A stretch of 64,000 nt of DNA from positions 134,648-198,647 of the forward strand of contig JAUWNJ010000001.1 of assembly GCA_030612725.1 (NCBI GenBank), given 5' to 3'. Below are positions 38,347 to 47,600 of this stretch, one piece after another. The translations under genes were made by a program, and so were the position numbers. This DNA comes from Planctomycetales bacterium (GTDB taxonomy: Bacteria; Planctomycetota; Phycisphaerae; SM23-33). Positions within the stretch are counted from its first letter, which is position 1. The number at the start of each line of letters is the position of its first letter. Below the pieces are notes generated by a model. That model saw nothing but the letters and a program-made list of their open reading frames with translations, was not told the origin of the DNA and made no database searches.

Positions 38347-38470
38347 CCGGACAACGCGCCTTGTATGGGGAGCAGCCTTACGAGCCGCGACCGTGAGGGA
38401 GCGGTCAGGCCGATGCGAGAGTAGGTAGACTGAGACGGAGCAGAGCGGAGTCCCACCTTTTTCCCTTTTT

Positions 38471-39202
38471 TCATCGGTTTGCGTGTCGCCGGAATGCTGT
38501 CCCTGCCAGAAGCCAACTGACTGTGAGCATCGTCGCCAAGACCAGGATGGGTATCCAGGGAGTAGGGAACCACGATTGGCCTGTAACACCGAAGCGCAGC
38601 AACTCCACCGTATGCGTCAGCGGCGAGACCATTGCAATCGGTCTGGCCCATGCCGGAAGGGCGTCGAGAGGCATGAACACGCCGCTGATGAACAGGATCG
38701 GGAATCGGAAAAAGTTCAACAGCGTCATCGCCTCGAAGACTTCTCTCACCCGCACCGCGATGATCATGCCAAGCAGGGCGAAGGTCGCCGCTCCGGCGAG
38801 CAGGCCGACGATAAAAACCGGAAGGTGAACCATCGGCATTTTCAGCAGCACCACCAGGCCAAGCGTAAGGACCGTCGAGGTGGCTACGCCGTAGGCCGCT
38901 GCGCTGACGACCTTTCCCAGAACAATCGTCTGATGCGATACAGGCGCAAGGAGCAGACGCTGCAAAGTCCCGGACCGCTTTTCCCACGTAATGACGATGG
39001 CGGCCATTGAGGTATTACCGAACAGGAGGGTCATTCCGATGATCCCCGGCGCAACGGTAAGATAAGTGGAAGGATTCTTGACGTATATGGCAAGCATCAG
39101 GACGGCGGGAAAGAGCAGTCCCCAGGTTACCAGCGGCGGCTTGGAGTAGTAACTTTCGACGTCCTTTCGACTGATGAACAATGCGCGTGCGATTTGGATC
39201 AT
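38471..39202 (-). CDS. ABC-2 type exporter permease
   Basis: Six TM helices, EKRSGTLQRLLLAP, FISGVFMP...LP.W, SPLTH. Confidence 0.9.
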   Translation of the reverse strand: MIQIARALFISRKDVESYYSKPPLVTWGLLFPAVLMLAIYVKNPSTYLTVAPGIIGMTLLFGNTSMAAIVITWEKRSGTLQRLLLAPVSHQTIVLGKVVSAAAYGVATSTVLTLGLVVLLKMPMVHLPVFIVGLLAGAATFALLGMIIAVRVREVFEAMTLLNFFRFPILFISGVFMPLDALPAWARPIAMVSPLTHTVELLRFGVTGQSWFPTPWIPILVLATMLTVSWLLAGTAFRRHANR

Positions 39203-40155
39203 CGGCGCACCTCCGATCCGGCGGAGTTTTTCTCGAGGATCGCCATGAAGGCCTCTTCGAGACTCGGCGTCTCAGTGCTGATTTTCAGGATTTTCAGGCC
39301 TGATTTTTCCGCCCAGGCGACAATCTGCATTGTGGTCTGGTGGACATCGGCCACCTCGAACCGCCATTTTTCATCTGTGATGTTGGCGGACATAACGGCA
39401 GGGCACGCGGCGAGCAGGGTATCGACCGGGACATTTGCGGAAAAGACTACGGAGAGGATTTCGGCCCCGGCTGCCTGTCTGCCTATCTCGTCAGTCGCGC
39501 CTTCGGTAACGACTTTGCCTTTTATGAGGATGAGCACTTGGTCGGAGAGGTCCTCGGCTTCGGCGAGGTTGTGAGTCGTCAGGAAAACCGTCGTTCCGTG
39601 TCGGTTGATGGTTCGGATGAGTTCCCGAAGCGTCCGTGCGCTGGGCACGTCCAGCCCGGACGTCGGCTCATCGAAAAAGACCACTTCGGGGCTGTGCACC
39701 AGCGAGGCGGCAACGGTCAGGCGGCGTTTCATTCCGCGCGACAGCGCACGGAAGCGAACGGAGGCCTTTTCGGTAAGGTCGAACGTCTCCAGAAGTTCGT
39801 CCACTCGTCGGCGCCGCTCCGACCGCCCCAGGCCGTACAACTGACCGAGGTATTCCAGGTTCCGCCGGCAGGTGAGTTCCGGGTAGAGATTGGATTCTTC
39901 CGGAACGACGCCGATTCGTTGCTTGACGGCGACGCCTTCGCGATCAATGTCGAATCCGCAGACGCTCACCTGTCCGGCGTCGCGGTGCAGCAGACCGGCA
40001 AGGATGTTGATGGTGGTCGTCTTGCCGGCGCCGTTAGGCCCGAGGTAGGCGAATATCTCGCCTCGCCGGACGGTAAAATCGACCCGGTCCAAAGCCACAA
40101 GGTCGCCGTACCGGCGCATCAGGCCACGAACCTCGATTACGTTGTCGTTGCCCAC
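39199..40155 (-). CDS. ABC exporter ATP-binding protein
   Basis: GPNGAGKTT, LSRGMKRR, FFDEPTSGLD, TTH, PSLEEAF. Confidence 0.95.
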   Translation of the reverse strand: MGNDNVIEVRGLMRRYGDLVALDRVDFTVRRGEIFAYLGPNGAGKTTTINILAGLLHRDAGQVSVCGFDIDREGVAVKQRIGVVPEESNLYPELTCRRNLEYLGQLYGLGRSERRRRVDELLETFDLTEKASVRFRALSRGMKRRLTVAASLVHSPEVVFFDEPTSGLDVPSARTLRELIRTINRHGTTVFLTTHNLAEAEDLSDQVLILIKGKVVTEGATDEIGRQAAGAEILSVVFSANVPVDTLLAACPAVMSANITDEKWRFEVADVHQTTMQIVAWAEKSGLKILKISTETPSLEEAFMAILEKNSAGSEVRR

Positions 40156-40165
40156 ATTTATCTCG

Positions 40166-40246
40166 TAACACGGGCGTCTCGCCCGTAAGTAGCATGGCCG
40201 TCTCGGCCATGTTCTGTTCTTTCACGGGCGAGACGGCCGTGCCACG
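40166..40246. repeat. REP-like palindrome cluster (CACGGGCGTCTCGCCCGT family)
   Basis: ACGGGCGTCTCGCCCGT, GTAGCATGGCCGTCTCGGCCATG and CACGGGCGAGACGGCCGTGCCAC. A related remnant lies at 47546-47593. Confidence 0.7.
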
Positions 40247-40256
40247 CCCAATTGCC

Positions 40257-40400
40257 CTATTTGCAGCAATCATCCTTGGGTGCGCACGGGTGTTCGGTTA
40301 CGTCGCCGTGGCATTTCCGGATCTGCTCGGGCGAGCAGTCTTCGGGTCTGCCCTTCAGGTTTTCGGGCTTTTCGCAACAGGGTTTGTTTTCTTCGCACAT
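40257..40400 (-). CDS. Small Cys/His-rich protein (metallothionein-like, 47 aa)
   Basis: Not in the ORF track. MCEENKPCCEKPENLKGRPEDCSPEQIRKCHGDVTEHPCAPKDDCCK*, SD AAGGA, directly after the ArsR gene. Confidence 0.75.
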   Translation of the reverse strand: MCEENKPCCEKPENLKGRPEDCSPEQIRKCHGDVTEHPCAPKDDCCK

Positions 40401-40726
40401 GGTTTTATCCTTTCAGAAATTTTCTGTTGACACTGCTTTATGTCGGCGGTGCCAGGTTCTAAAAAACGGTCTGTTACATTTTTCCATTTGGCGATGGTTT
40501 TGTTGTTCAGACGATAGTGAACGTAGTAGCCGTGTTTTTCGTCTGTAACCAGTCCGGCGTCGCGGAGTATTCGCAGGTGTTGCGAGACGGCCCCGGCCGT
40601 TACGCCAAGCTTCGCCGACATCGCCCCGACACACAATGCCCGACCCTTGAGCAACTCAATAATCCGCACTCGTGTATCCACGGACAGGACTTTGCAGATT
40701 CTGGCGAGTTCACGTGCATCGCTCAC
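40355..40726 (-). CDS. ArsR/SmtB family transcriptional regulator
   Basis: KVLSVDTRVRIIELL...LCVG...AVSQHLRILRDAGLV..EKHGYYVHY. Start at GTG 40726. Confidence 0.92.
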   Translation of the reverse strand: MSDARELARICKVLSVDTRVRIIELLKGRALCVGAMSAKLGVTAGAVSQHLRILRDAGLVTDEKHGYYVHYRLNNKTIAKWKNVTDRFLEPGTADIKQCQQKISERIKPCAKKTNPVAKSPKT

Positions 40727-40740
40727 AGTTTGGCCATCCT

Positions 40741-40786
40741 TTTTAGTATCCGCTAAAAAACTAATACAAAATCCAGGGAATGTCAA
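40741..40786 (-). promoter_or_regulatory. Promoter and candidate ArsR operator
   Basis: Minus strand TTGACA-17 nt-TAGTTT, overlapped by the dyad TTAGT...ACTAA. Confidence 0.5.
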
Positions 40787-40906
40787 GCAATTAAAGGAAG
40801 TGATTTTCGACGGGTAAAACCGTTACCGGTCCCGCCTTGTGAATAACGCAATCTCAAAAAAATACATTCTCTGGAAAAAGAGCGCGGCGTCGTTTATTAA
40901 TGCGGC

Positions 40907-42307
40907 ATGCTCGGCGACGCATTTCAACCTGAAATTCGCGAATTGATTATCAGGAAAGATTTCGCGATGCTCAAGAAGTACATGACCGCTCTGGACTCAC
41001 CGGACGTAGCCGAACTTGTCGGCGACCTGGACGGCGAGGAACTCGGCGTAGTCTTCCGTCTCCTTCCACGCCAAATCGCAGCCGAGGTCTTTTCGCTCCT
41101 GGAACTGGAAAAACAGGAACACCTTCTGGAGGTGCTTTACGGTGAGGCCCTTGCCGGCATCCTCAACGAGATGCCGCCGGACGACCGGACGGAACTGCTC
41201 GAAGACCTTCCCGAAGATGTCGCAACCAGGTTAATCGGAAGCCTCAGCCCAGCCGAACGCCAGGTCGCCACCGACCTGCTTCGGTATCCTGAAGATTCCA
41301 TAGGTCGGCTTATGACGCCGGAGTTTGTCGCCATTGACGCCGGCGCTACCGTCCGCGGCGTGCTGGACCACCTCCGCGAAGTCGCACCGCAGAAAGAGAC
41401 CATCAACGTCCTGTATGTCGTCGATTCCGACGGCAGGCTAATAGACGACATCAGCCTGGAAGATTTGGTACTGGCTGAACCCGATTCCGTCGTCGGCGAA
41501 ATTATCGACCGCCACCCGGTAAGCCTCCAGGCCACCGCCGACCGCGAGGAGGCTGTCGATATTATCAAGAAATACGACGCCGTCGCCCTTCCGGTCGTCG
41601 ATGAAACCGGAATCATGGTCGGTATCGTTACCATCGACGACGTGATGGACGTAGCCGAGGAAGAAAACACCGAGGACTTCCAGAAGATGGCCGGCGTCGG
41701 CGCTCTGGAAGAACCCTACTTCGCGACGACTTATCCCGAAATGCTCCGCAAGCGACTGCCTTGGCTGGCGATGCTGTTCGCTGCCGAGATATTGACCGTC
41801 CTTGCCCTGACGAATTTCCAAAACACCCTCAACGTAGCAATGTTCGCGCTGATAGTGCTCTTCATGCCGCTGGTCAACGCCACCGCCGGTAACACAGGTT
41901 CGCAAATGGCAGGTCTGGTAATTCGAGGTCTGGCAGTCCGCGAAATGGAGCCGGGGCACTGGTGGCGGATACTGATGCGCGAATTGGCCCTGGGCTCGAC
42001 GATGGGGGTGATACTGGGCGTGCTGGGAGTGGTCGCTGCGATGGTGCTGCTGAGCCTGGGTCAAGCCGGCGCTTCCATGTCGGATGTCTCGCGATGGTCC
42101 AATGCCATCGCCGTCGGCGTCAGTATCACAGCGGCTGTAATTGTCGCAAATCTCGCCGGAGCCATGATACCGCTCCTGTTCAAACGCCTCGGAATGGACC
42201 CCGCCGTTACGTCCGGCCCGTTCCTCGCCTCAATAATGGACGTAACCGGCGTGATGATATATTTCTCCGTCGCATCGGGAATACTGGTGCTGCTGCAAAC
42301 AACATAG
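40907..42307 (+). CDS. mgtE: Magnesium transporter MgtE
   Basis: YPEDSIGRLMTPE, CBS pair, GIVTIDD, KRLPWL, GNTGSQ, DPAVTSGPF...MD. Confidence 0.95.
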   Translation: MLGDAFQPEIRELIIRKDFAMLKKYMTALDSPDVAELVGDLDGEELGVVFRLLPRQIAAEVFSLLELEKQEHLLEVLYGEALAGILNEMPPDDRTELLEDLPEDVATRLIGSLSPAERQVATDLLRYPEDSIGRLMTPEFVAIDAGATVRGVLDHLREVAPQKETINVLYVVDSDGRLIDDISLEDLVLAEPDSVVGEIIDRHPVSLQATADREEAVDIIKKYDAVALPVVDETGIMVGIVTIDDVMDVAEEENTEDFQKMAGVGALEEPYFATTYPEMLRKRLPWLAMLFAAEILTVLALTNFQNTLNVAMFALIVLFMPLVNATAGNTGSQMAGLVIRGLAVREMEPGHWWRILMRELALGSTMGVILGVLGVVAAMVLLSLGQAGASMSDVSRWSNAIAVGVSITAAVIVANLAGAMIPLLFKRLGMDPAVTSGPFLASIMDVTGVMIYFSVASGILVLLQTT

Positions 42308-42382
42308 CCGGCAGTGTGCGTTCAAAGGTTGAGGGCAGCCATAGAAGTCCGGAATGTCAGGGACAATTTACGGAGAACAATC

Positions 42383-44017
42383 ATGAAGACGAAAAATACT
42401 GAAGATCGGACAAATCAAAGGGATAATACCCGCGCATTTTCAATGGTAAGCCTGATTGCAGGCCTGGCTATTGCGTCTATGCCATTGCCCGCCGCTGCGG
42501 CAAAGGCGCCCGTTCCATCTTTGACCCTTTCAAACGCCAAGGCCACTGCCGTCAGGGACACTTCCGTGGTCATTTGGTGGGACACGGTTGTACCGGCTGA
42601 CGGGCGGATAGAGTACGGATTGAACGCCAGGTACGGCAAATCGACGAAGAAAAAAGGTTTGAGTTATTTCCATACCGTCAAGGTTGCAGGCCTTACGCCC
42701 GGAACGACGTATCACTACAGAATCAGGGCAAAGGACTCCGGGGGCAAAGAGGCGGTATCCAAAGATTACACCTTTACCACCCGCACCGCGAAGGAACTGG
42801 AAAAGACAATACGAGCGGCAAGAAAGAACCACGACCTGCCCAAGACCTATTATGTCAAAACAAACGGAGATGATTCCGCCGACGGCCTGTCTCCAAAAAC
42901 CGCCTGGCGACATCCTTCTTGTGCCGCTCAGCAAGTCGAGGCAGGAGATACGATTCGTCTTATAGACGACCCCAAAAACCCTGATGACGGAGTCTGGAAA
43001 GATGAGCATATAGTTTTTTCTAATTCCGGCATTGACGTAGCGCCTATTACAATAACTTCTCACAACGGCGCGCCGACTCTGGACGGGGTTGATGATGCGC
43101 CTAAAGAGGCGGGGATCAAAATAGAGAACGGCAAGGGTTACATTGATATAACCGGAAAACTCGTTATAAAAAATTATTTCAATGGGATATATGCTTCAGA
43201 TGTGCATCACATAAATATCAAAGACGTAACATTAACTTCCAATTGTGCCTTTCAAATACATTTCAAGCCGAACTGCAAGCATATATGTATAGACGGCGTG
43301 GAAATTACGGATAACGACAAGGGAAAAAGAGGAGGCGCCATTGTTTTCCAAAGTTGGAGAGCGCCGAGCAAATATCTGACGGTTAGAAACAGCAGATTCA
43401 AGACGAACCGGCATGACGCCATTAATTATCACACCAACACCCAGTACGGCCTGGTGGAGAACAATACGATCCACGACGCTTCATACGGCGCGGCAATAAT
43501 GATTCACAATTACAGCAATAAGAACATAGTCATAAGAAACAACAAGATAATAGACAGCACAAGGGGAATCCAACTCGTCGGCGTGGAGAACTGTTTAGTG
43601 CAGGACAATACTATCACGAACAGCCGTGCCCGCTACGGAATTTTGCTCTTTACCTACGAGGATCATCGCAGCTGGATAAAGAACGTTACAATAAGAAACA
43701 ACACGATCAAACGGTCCGCGGCTATGGGTATATACTTTGTGGTTGGGAAGAAAGCGGCAATATCGGATGTGCTTTGTGAGAACAATTCGATGGAGAAGTC
43801 CTTCAGCCTCGAAGGCGCGAATATATCCGACATTACAGTGAGGAATATGCGAGACAAGGCGAGAACATTTATAATAAAAAAGCATCCTGTTTCGAATCTG
43901 CGAGTCGAATTCACGGATGGCAGGAAATTTTCCGTTGACGGAAAAGGCAAATATCCGGCCTATACATTCCCGTCCGGAACTCGTGGAACTCACAAGATTA
44001 AGGTGATTGGGAAATAG
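42383..44017 (+). CDS. Secreted FN3 + right-handed parallel beta-helix protein
   Basis: GLTPGTTYHYRI (FN3), YYVKTNGDDSADGLSPKTAW, then repeated I.NN.I beta-helix turns. Start at ATG 42383 after GGAG. Confidence 0.85.
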   Translation: MKTKNTEDRTNQRDNTRAFSMVSLIAGLAIASMPLPAAAAKAPVPSLTLSNAKATAVRDTSVVIWWDTVVPADGRIEYGLNARYGKSTKKKGLSYFHTVKVAGLTPGTTYHYRIRAKDSGGKEAVSKDYTFTTRTAKELEKTIRAARKNHDLPKTYYVKTNGDDSADGLSPKTAWRHPSCAAQQVEAGDTIRLIDDPKNPDDGVWKDEHIVFSNSGIDVAPITITSHNGAPTLDGVDDAPKEAGIKIENGKGYIDITGKLVIKNYFNGIYASDVHHINIKDVTLTSNCAFQIHFKPNCKHICIDGVEITDNDKGKRGGAIVFQSWRAPSKYLTVRNSRFKTNRHDAINYHTNTQYGLVENNTIHDASYGAAIMIHNYSNKNIVIRNNKIIDSTRGIQLVGVENCLVQDNTITNSRARYGILLFTYEDHRSWIKNVTIRNNTIKRSAAMGIYFVVGKKAAISDVLCENNSMEKSFSLEGANISDITVRNMRDKARTFIIKKHPVSNLRVEFTDGRKFSVDGKGKYPAYTFPSGTRGTHKIKVIGK

Positions 44018-44119
44018 GGGAATTAAGGGCGGCGTCTTTAAGTTGGAGCGCCCCCTGGGGGCAGGCAAACACCGCGAACACGGCGCCCGCCGATGAAATC
44101 AGGAAAGTGTGCGAGTAGC

Positions 44120-44884
44120 ATGTGTGAATCGGAGAAAGTCGCAATCGATAGCCCCGGCGAATCGCCGTTTGGCGGTTTATCATTGCTGGGCCGATTCGGC
44201 AGGCTGTCTGTTGTTACGCTGGTGGTTTCGAATCTGATCCCCCTGTTCGGGGTGATTTTTGCGGGGTGGCGAGTGTTTCCCATCATGCTGCTCTTCAGCC
44301 TCGAAAATATCATTATCGGATTCTACAACGTTCTCCGCATGTGCATGGCTCCCTGCGACCTCGAAGAACTCGAAAGAACAAGTGAAGGCATCCACACCAA
44401 ACAGGGATTGATACTTTTCTTTTGCGTCCACTACGGCATGTTCGTTTTCGGGCACCTGTTTTTCGTAATCGTCTTTTTCGGCCTGGCTGGATTATCCGGG
44501 GGCGAACACCAGACAGGAACAACAATCTCGGTATCATGGGAGGACGCTGTTGCTACCGGCGAGCCTCTGGTTACAAATTGGTGGGGACTCGGCATCGCGT
44601 TTGTAGCCTGTTTTATCAGCCACGGGGTCTCCTATGTGAAGAACTTCATCGGATCCGGCGAATATAAACGGGTAACTGCCAACAAACTGATGATCAGACC
44701 TTATGGTCGGATGATCGTTCTGCACATTACGATAATCTTCGGCGCTTTCCTTGTAGTATCTACGGGAACGCACGTTGCCGCCATTGTGCTTCTGGTCGTT
44801 CTGAAGTTGATTCTGGACCTGGCTGGACACCTGTACGAGAGGAAGAAGTTTCGTCAGCGTACCCAGGGGGAAATACCGGGATAA
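44120..44884 (+). CDS. Multi-pass membrane protein (DUF6498-like)
   Basis: NLIPLFGV.F.GW, EN.IIG, FFCVHYGMF, SHG.S, PYGR.IVLH..II.G. Start at 44120 or 44093. Confidence 0.7.
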   Translation: MCESEKVAIDSPGESPFGGLSLLGRFGRLSVVTLVVSNLIPLFGVIFAGWRVFPIMLLFSLENIIIGFYNVLRMCMAPCDLEELERTSEGIHTKQGLILFFCVHYGMFVFGHLFFVIVFFGLAGLSGGEHQTGTTISVSWEDAVATGEPLVTNWWGLGIAFVACFISHGVSYVKNFIGSGEYKRVTANKLMIRPYGRMIVLHITIIFGAFLVVSTGTHVAAIVLLVVLKLILDLAGHLYERKKFRQRTQGEIPG

Positions 44885-44973
44885 TATCGGGCCTGTTGCG
44901 GATGCCGTGGGGAAACCCTTCCTGAAACTCAACTGGTACAGTTTTTGGGGGGCAGACCACCTTGACCGCGCTG

Positions 44974-45112
44974 CGTTCGCGTTTGCGCGCGCAAAGGCGA
45001 ACGTAAAAATCAGGGTCACGAAAAATTCCAAAAAAACTTTTCCCAAGGCCGCCAAGGACTTATGGCGTCGCTATCCGTTTTGTGTTCGCCTTTGCGCGCG
45101 CAAACGCGAACG
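44974..45112. repeat. 29-bp perfect inverted repeat flanking 81 bp
   Basis: CGTTCGCGTTTGCGCGCGCAAAGGCGAAC (44974-45002) / GTTCGCCTTTGCGCGCGCAAACGCGAACG (45084-45112). Confidence 0.9.
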
Positions 45113-45135
45113 GAAAAGATAATATAGAGAACAGA

Positions 45136-45520
45136 TAGGGACTTGGGACTAGGGTTTAGGGACTAGGGAACAGAAGAAAAGAAAAATAGATGAACCAATC
45201 AACCAGTCAACCAGTCAACCAATCAACCAATCAACGGATTAACCGGAATACCGGAATACCGAGGGATCCGCAATCCGCAATCCACAATCCGCAATGGCAC
45301 TCTGGGCCGTTTAGGCAAGCCAGGCAATGGTGGATTTTTTGAAATGGGCGAAAAAATGACCCCGAAAATCGTAACTGCTTGCACGCCAAGGATTTGCGGA
45401 TTTTGGAAACTTTCCCAATTGTTCCCAATCGTTCCGAATCGTTCCCAATCGTTCCCATTTGTTCCCAATCGTTCCGAATCGTTCCGAATTGTTCCGTTTC
45501 GTTCCGTTTCGTTCCGGTTA
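45136..45520. repeat. Stack of five different short tandem arrays (periods 7, 8, 8, 7, 10)
   Basis: GGGACTA-type, AACCARTC, CCGGAATA, AATCCGC, and 11 degenerate GTTCCSAATY units at 45411-45520. Confidence 0.9.
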
Positions 45521-45547
45521 AAGGCGCTGCTCATTTGGGACGGACCG

Positions 45548-46363
45548 TTACCGTTCCGGTGCGAAGAGTTCGTCCATCTTCGCAGCCACGTCGTCTGCCT
45601 GCATGAGCGTCTGTCCTATCAGGACGGTATTGACGCCCGCGTCGGCCAGACGCTTTGTGTCGGTTCGCGTCTTGATTCCCGATTCGCTCACGAGCACCGT
45701 CCGATCGGGGACAAGTTCCGCCAGCCTGAGAGTCGTGGCGATGTCCGTCTCGAATGTTGTCAAGTCGCGGTTGTTGATTCCGAGCAAACTATAGGATGCG
45801 TGCGGGAATCCGATCATCGACCGGATGCGCATGAAGTTGTCTGGGTTGTGGGTTTCGACCAGGCAGGTGAGTTTCAGCGAAGCAGCAAGTATCATCAGGT
45901 CGGTCAGTTCGCCGGGCGTGAGGCACTCGGCTATCAGGAGTATCGCGTCGGCTCCGGCGACTCGACTTTGGAGAACCTGGTACGGGTCGATGATGAAGTC
46001 CTTTCGCAGGACGGGAAGGCTGACTGCCTGGCGAACGGCTTGGAGGTCGTCGAGCGAACCGCTGAAGTATTGTTCGTCGGTCAGGACGCTGATGGCGTCA
46101 GCGCCTGCGTCTGCGTATTTTCGGGCGATTGCGGCGGGGTCGAAATCAGCGCAAATCACCCCGGCCGACGGCGAGGCCTTTTTGACTTCGGCGATGACGT
46201 TGAGGAGTTTTTCGCCCTTGCGTGTGCACGCGGAGAAGAAGTTCCGCACCGGCGGCGCGTCGGCGATACCGGCTTGGAGTTGCTCGATCGGACGGCTGCG
46301 TTTGAGGCGGGCGATTTCTTTCCGCTTGGTTTCGACGATTCGGTCTAATATATTCCCAGTCAC
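45548..46363 (-). CDS. trpC: Indole-3-glycerol phosphate synthase
   Basis: IAEVKKASPSAG, ISVLTD..YF.G, LRKDFI, GADAILLI, GINNRDL, VSESGI. Confidence 0.96.
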   Translation of the reverse strand: MTGNILDRIVETKRKEIARLKRSRPIEQLQAGIADAPPVRNFFSACTRKGEKLLNVIAEVKKASPSAGVICADFDPAAIARKYADAGADAISVLTDEQYFSGSLDDLQAVRQAVSLPVLRKDFIIDPYQVLQSRVAGADAILLIAECLTPGELTDLMILAASLKLTCLVETHNPDNFMRIRSMIGFPHASYSLLGINNRDLTTFETDIATTLRLAELVPDRTVLVSESGIKTRTDTKRLADAGVNTVLIGQTLMQADDVAAKMDELFAPER

Positions 46364-46393
46364 GAAAGGTTACATTAAAAGGCTATCGAAACG

Positions 46394-47278
46394 ATGTCAA
46401 ACGGTTTAGTTTCTCTGATACTGGCTGCGACGACGCATCCGTCGAGCGACGGGGTATTGACAGGCCGGATGCTTGCGCTTCTGGCGATGGGGATTTGCGT
46501 GCTTGCGGTCTGGACATTTTTCCGCCTGTTGCGTCCTGGAAAGTTTTTTCTATCCGACACGCCGGGCCGGTCGAACTCGCTGCACATCCTGCATATTTTC
46601 GCAGTGTACATTGCGCACATGGTTGTCGGTTGGCTGGCGCTGTTGGTCATAGCGTTCTGGCAGGGCGTCGAGTTGGTATCAGGTGAACCCGCACCGATGA
46701 CCGTGAGTCTCCCGGCAACGGGCGTCAGGTTGGTGGTACTTATCGTCGGGGTGATGGTTGTCGCGTCGATGACGTTTTCCGGCGGCGTGAGGCGCGGGTT
46801 GGGATTCAGCAGCCGGAGATGGCTCATCGATACCGGGCGAGCGATTGTGGGGTTTCTGGCGATCCTTCCGCTGTGCATCGCGGCATTGATGTTGATGAAA
46901 TATCTGGTTGACAGGGGCATCCTGCCTATTGATCTGACGGAGCATCCTGCCCTGGGGTTTGTTCGCCAGGCATCGACGGCGTGGGTGGTCGTGGTGTTCG
47001 TCGTTGTTGCTGTCCTTGCGCCGATCGGGGAGGAGTTGTTTTTTCGCGGGCTTGTCCAATCGCTTCTTCGCAAGCATCTCGGTGGTCCCTGGCCTGCGAT
47101 ACTGGCGACGTCGGTCATCTTCGCAGCCGTTCATGTGCCCATCTATAAGGACATGCCCGCGCTTTTCCTGCTTAGTGTGGCATTGGGGTACAACTACGAG
47201 CGGACGGGACGATTGCTCAGTCCGATACTAATGCACGCCATATTCAACGCCGCGATGCTTTGGCATGTGTTAGGTTGA
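46394..47278 (+). CDS. CPBP (Abi/CAAX) intramembrane metalloprotease
   Basis: APIGEELFFRG, FAAVH, H..FN motifs. Confidence 0.9.
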   Translation: MSNGLVSLILAATTHPSSDGVLTGRMLALLAMGICVLAVWTFFRLLRPGKFFLSDTPGRSNSLHILHIFAVYIAHMVVGWLALLVIAFWQGVELVSGEPAPMTVSLPATGVRLVVLIVGVMVVASMTFSGGVRRGLGFSSRRWLIDTGRAIVGFLAILPLCIAALMLMKYLVDRGILPIDLTEHPALGFVRQASTAWVVVVFVVVAVLAPIGEELFFRGLVQSLLRKHLGGPWPAILATSVIFAAVHVPIYKDMPALFLLSVALGYNYERTGRLLSPILMHAIFNAAMLWHVLG

Positions 47279-47316
47279 AGCAGAAAAAGGAGAAGAGAGA
47301 TAGCGATAATGCGCAT

Positions 47317-47487
47317 AAAAAAAGACTGCCGGTGCGGGGAATCCGGCCTCCTCGCCAAATCTCCGCACTCCAGCAGCCTTTACATAAGTACCCTCTCGTT
47401 TGCCTCTCCAGTAAATCCAGGCAAAGGGTCGATGAGCCTCCCGCCCGGCGGCATGAGCATTGCTCGCTGAGCAGAGTCCATAACTGA
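47317..47487 (-). ncRNA. Candidate stand-alone small transcript (~170 nt)
   Basis: Lies between a near-consensus promoter and a long hairpin with a T7 run, convergent with the CPBP gene. Confidence 0.5.
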
Positions 47488-47491
47488 ACTT

Positions 47492-47520
47492 ATTATACGC
47501 GGAAACGGGGATTTCGTCAA
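47492..47520 (-). promoter_or_regulatory. Near-consensus sigma70 promoter
   Basis: TTGACG-AAATCCCCGTTTCCGCG (17 nt)-TATAAT on the minus strand. Confidence 0.7.
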
Positions 47521-47600
47521 GTGAAATTTGATTTTTCCGGAAATGCGTAGCACGGGCGATGCGTAGCATCACTACGCGAGACGCCCTGTTACTGATGAGG

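Noticed and set aside
38075..38428. ORF with (ADKV)n repeats
   Set aside because: Alternative frame of the 12-nt repeat. The Gly-rich frame has the SD, a recognisable N-terminus and Cys motifs.
45411..45520. CRISPR array
   Set aside because: Contiguous 10-bp units with no unique spacers, and no cas genes.
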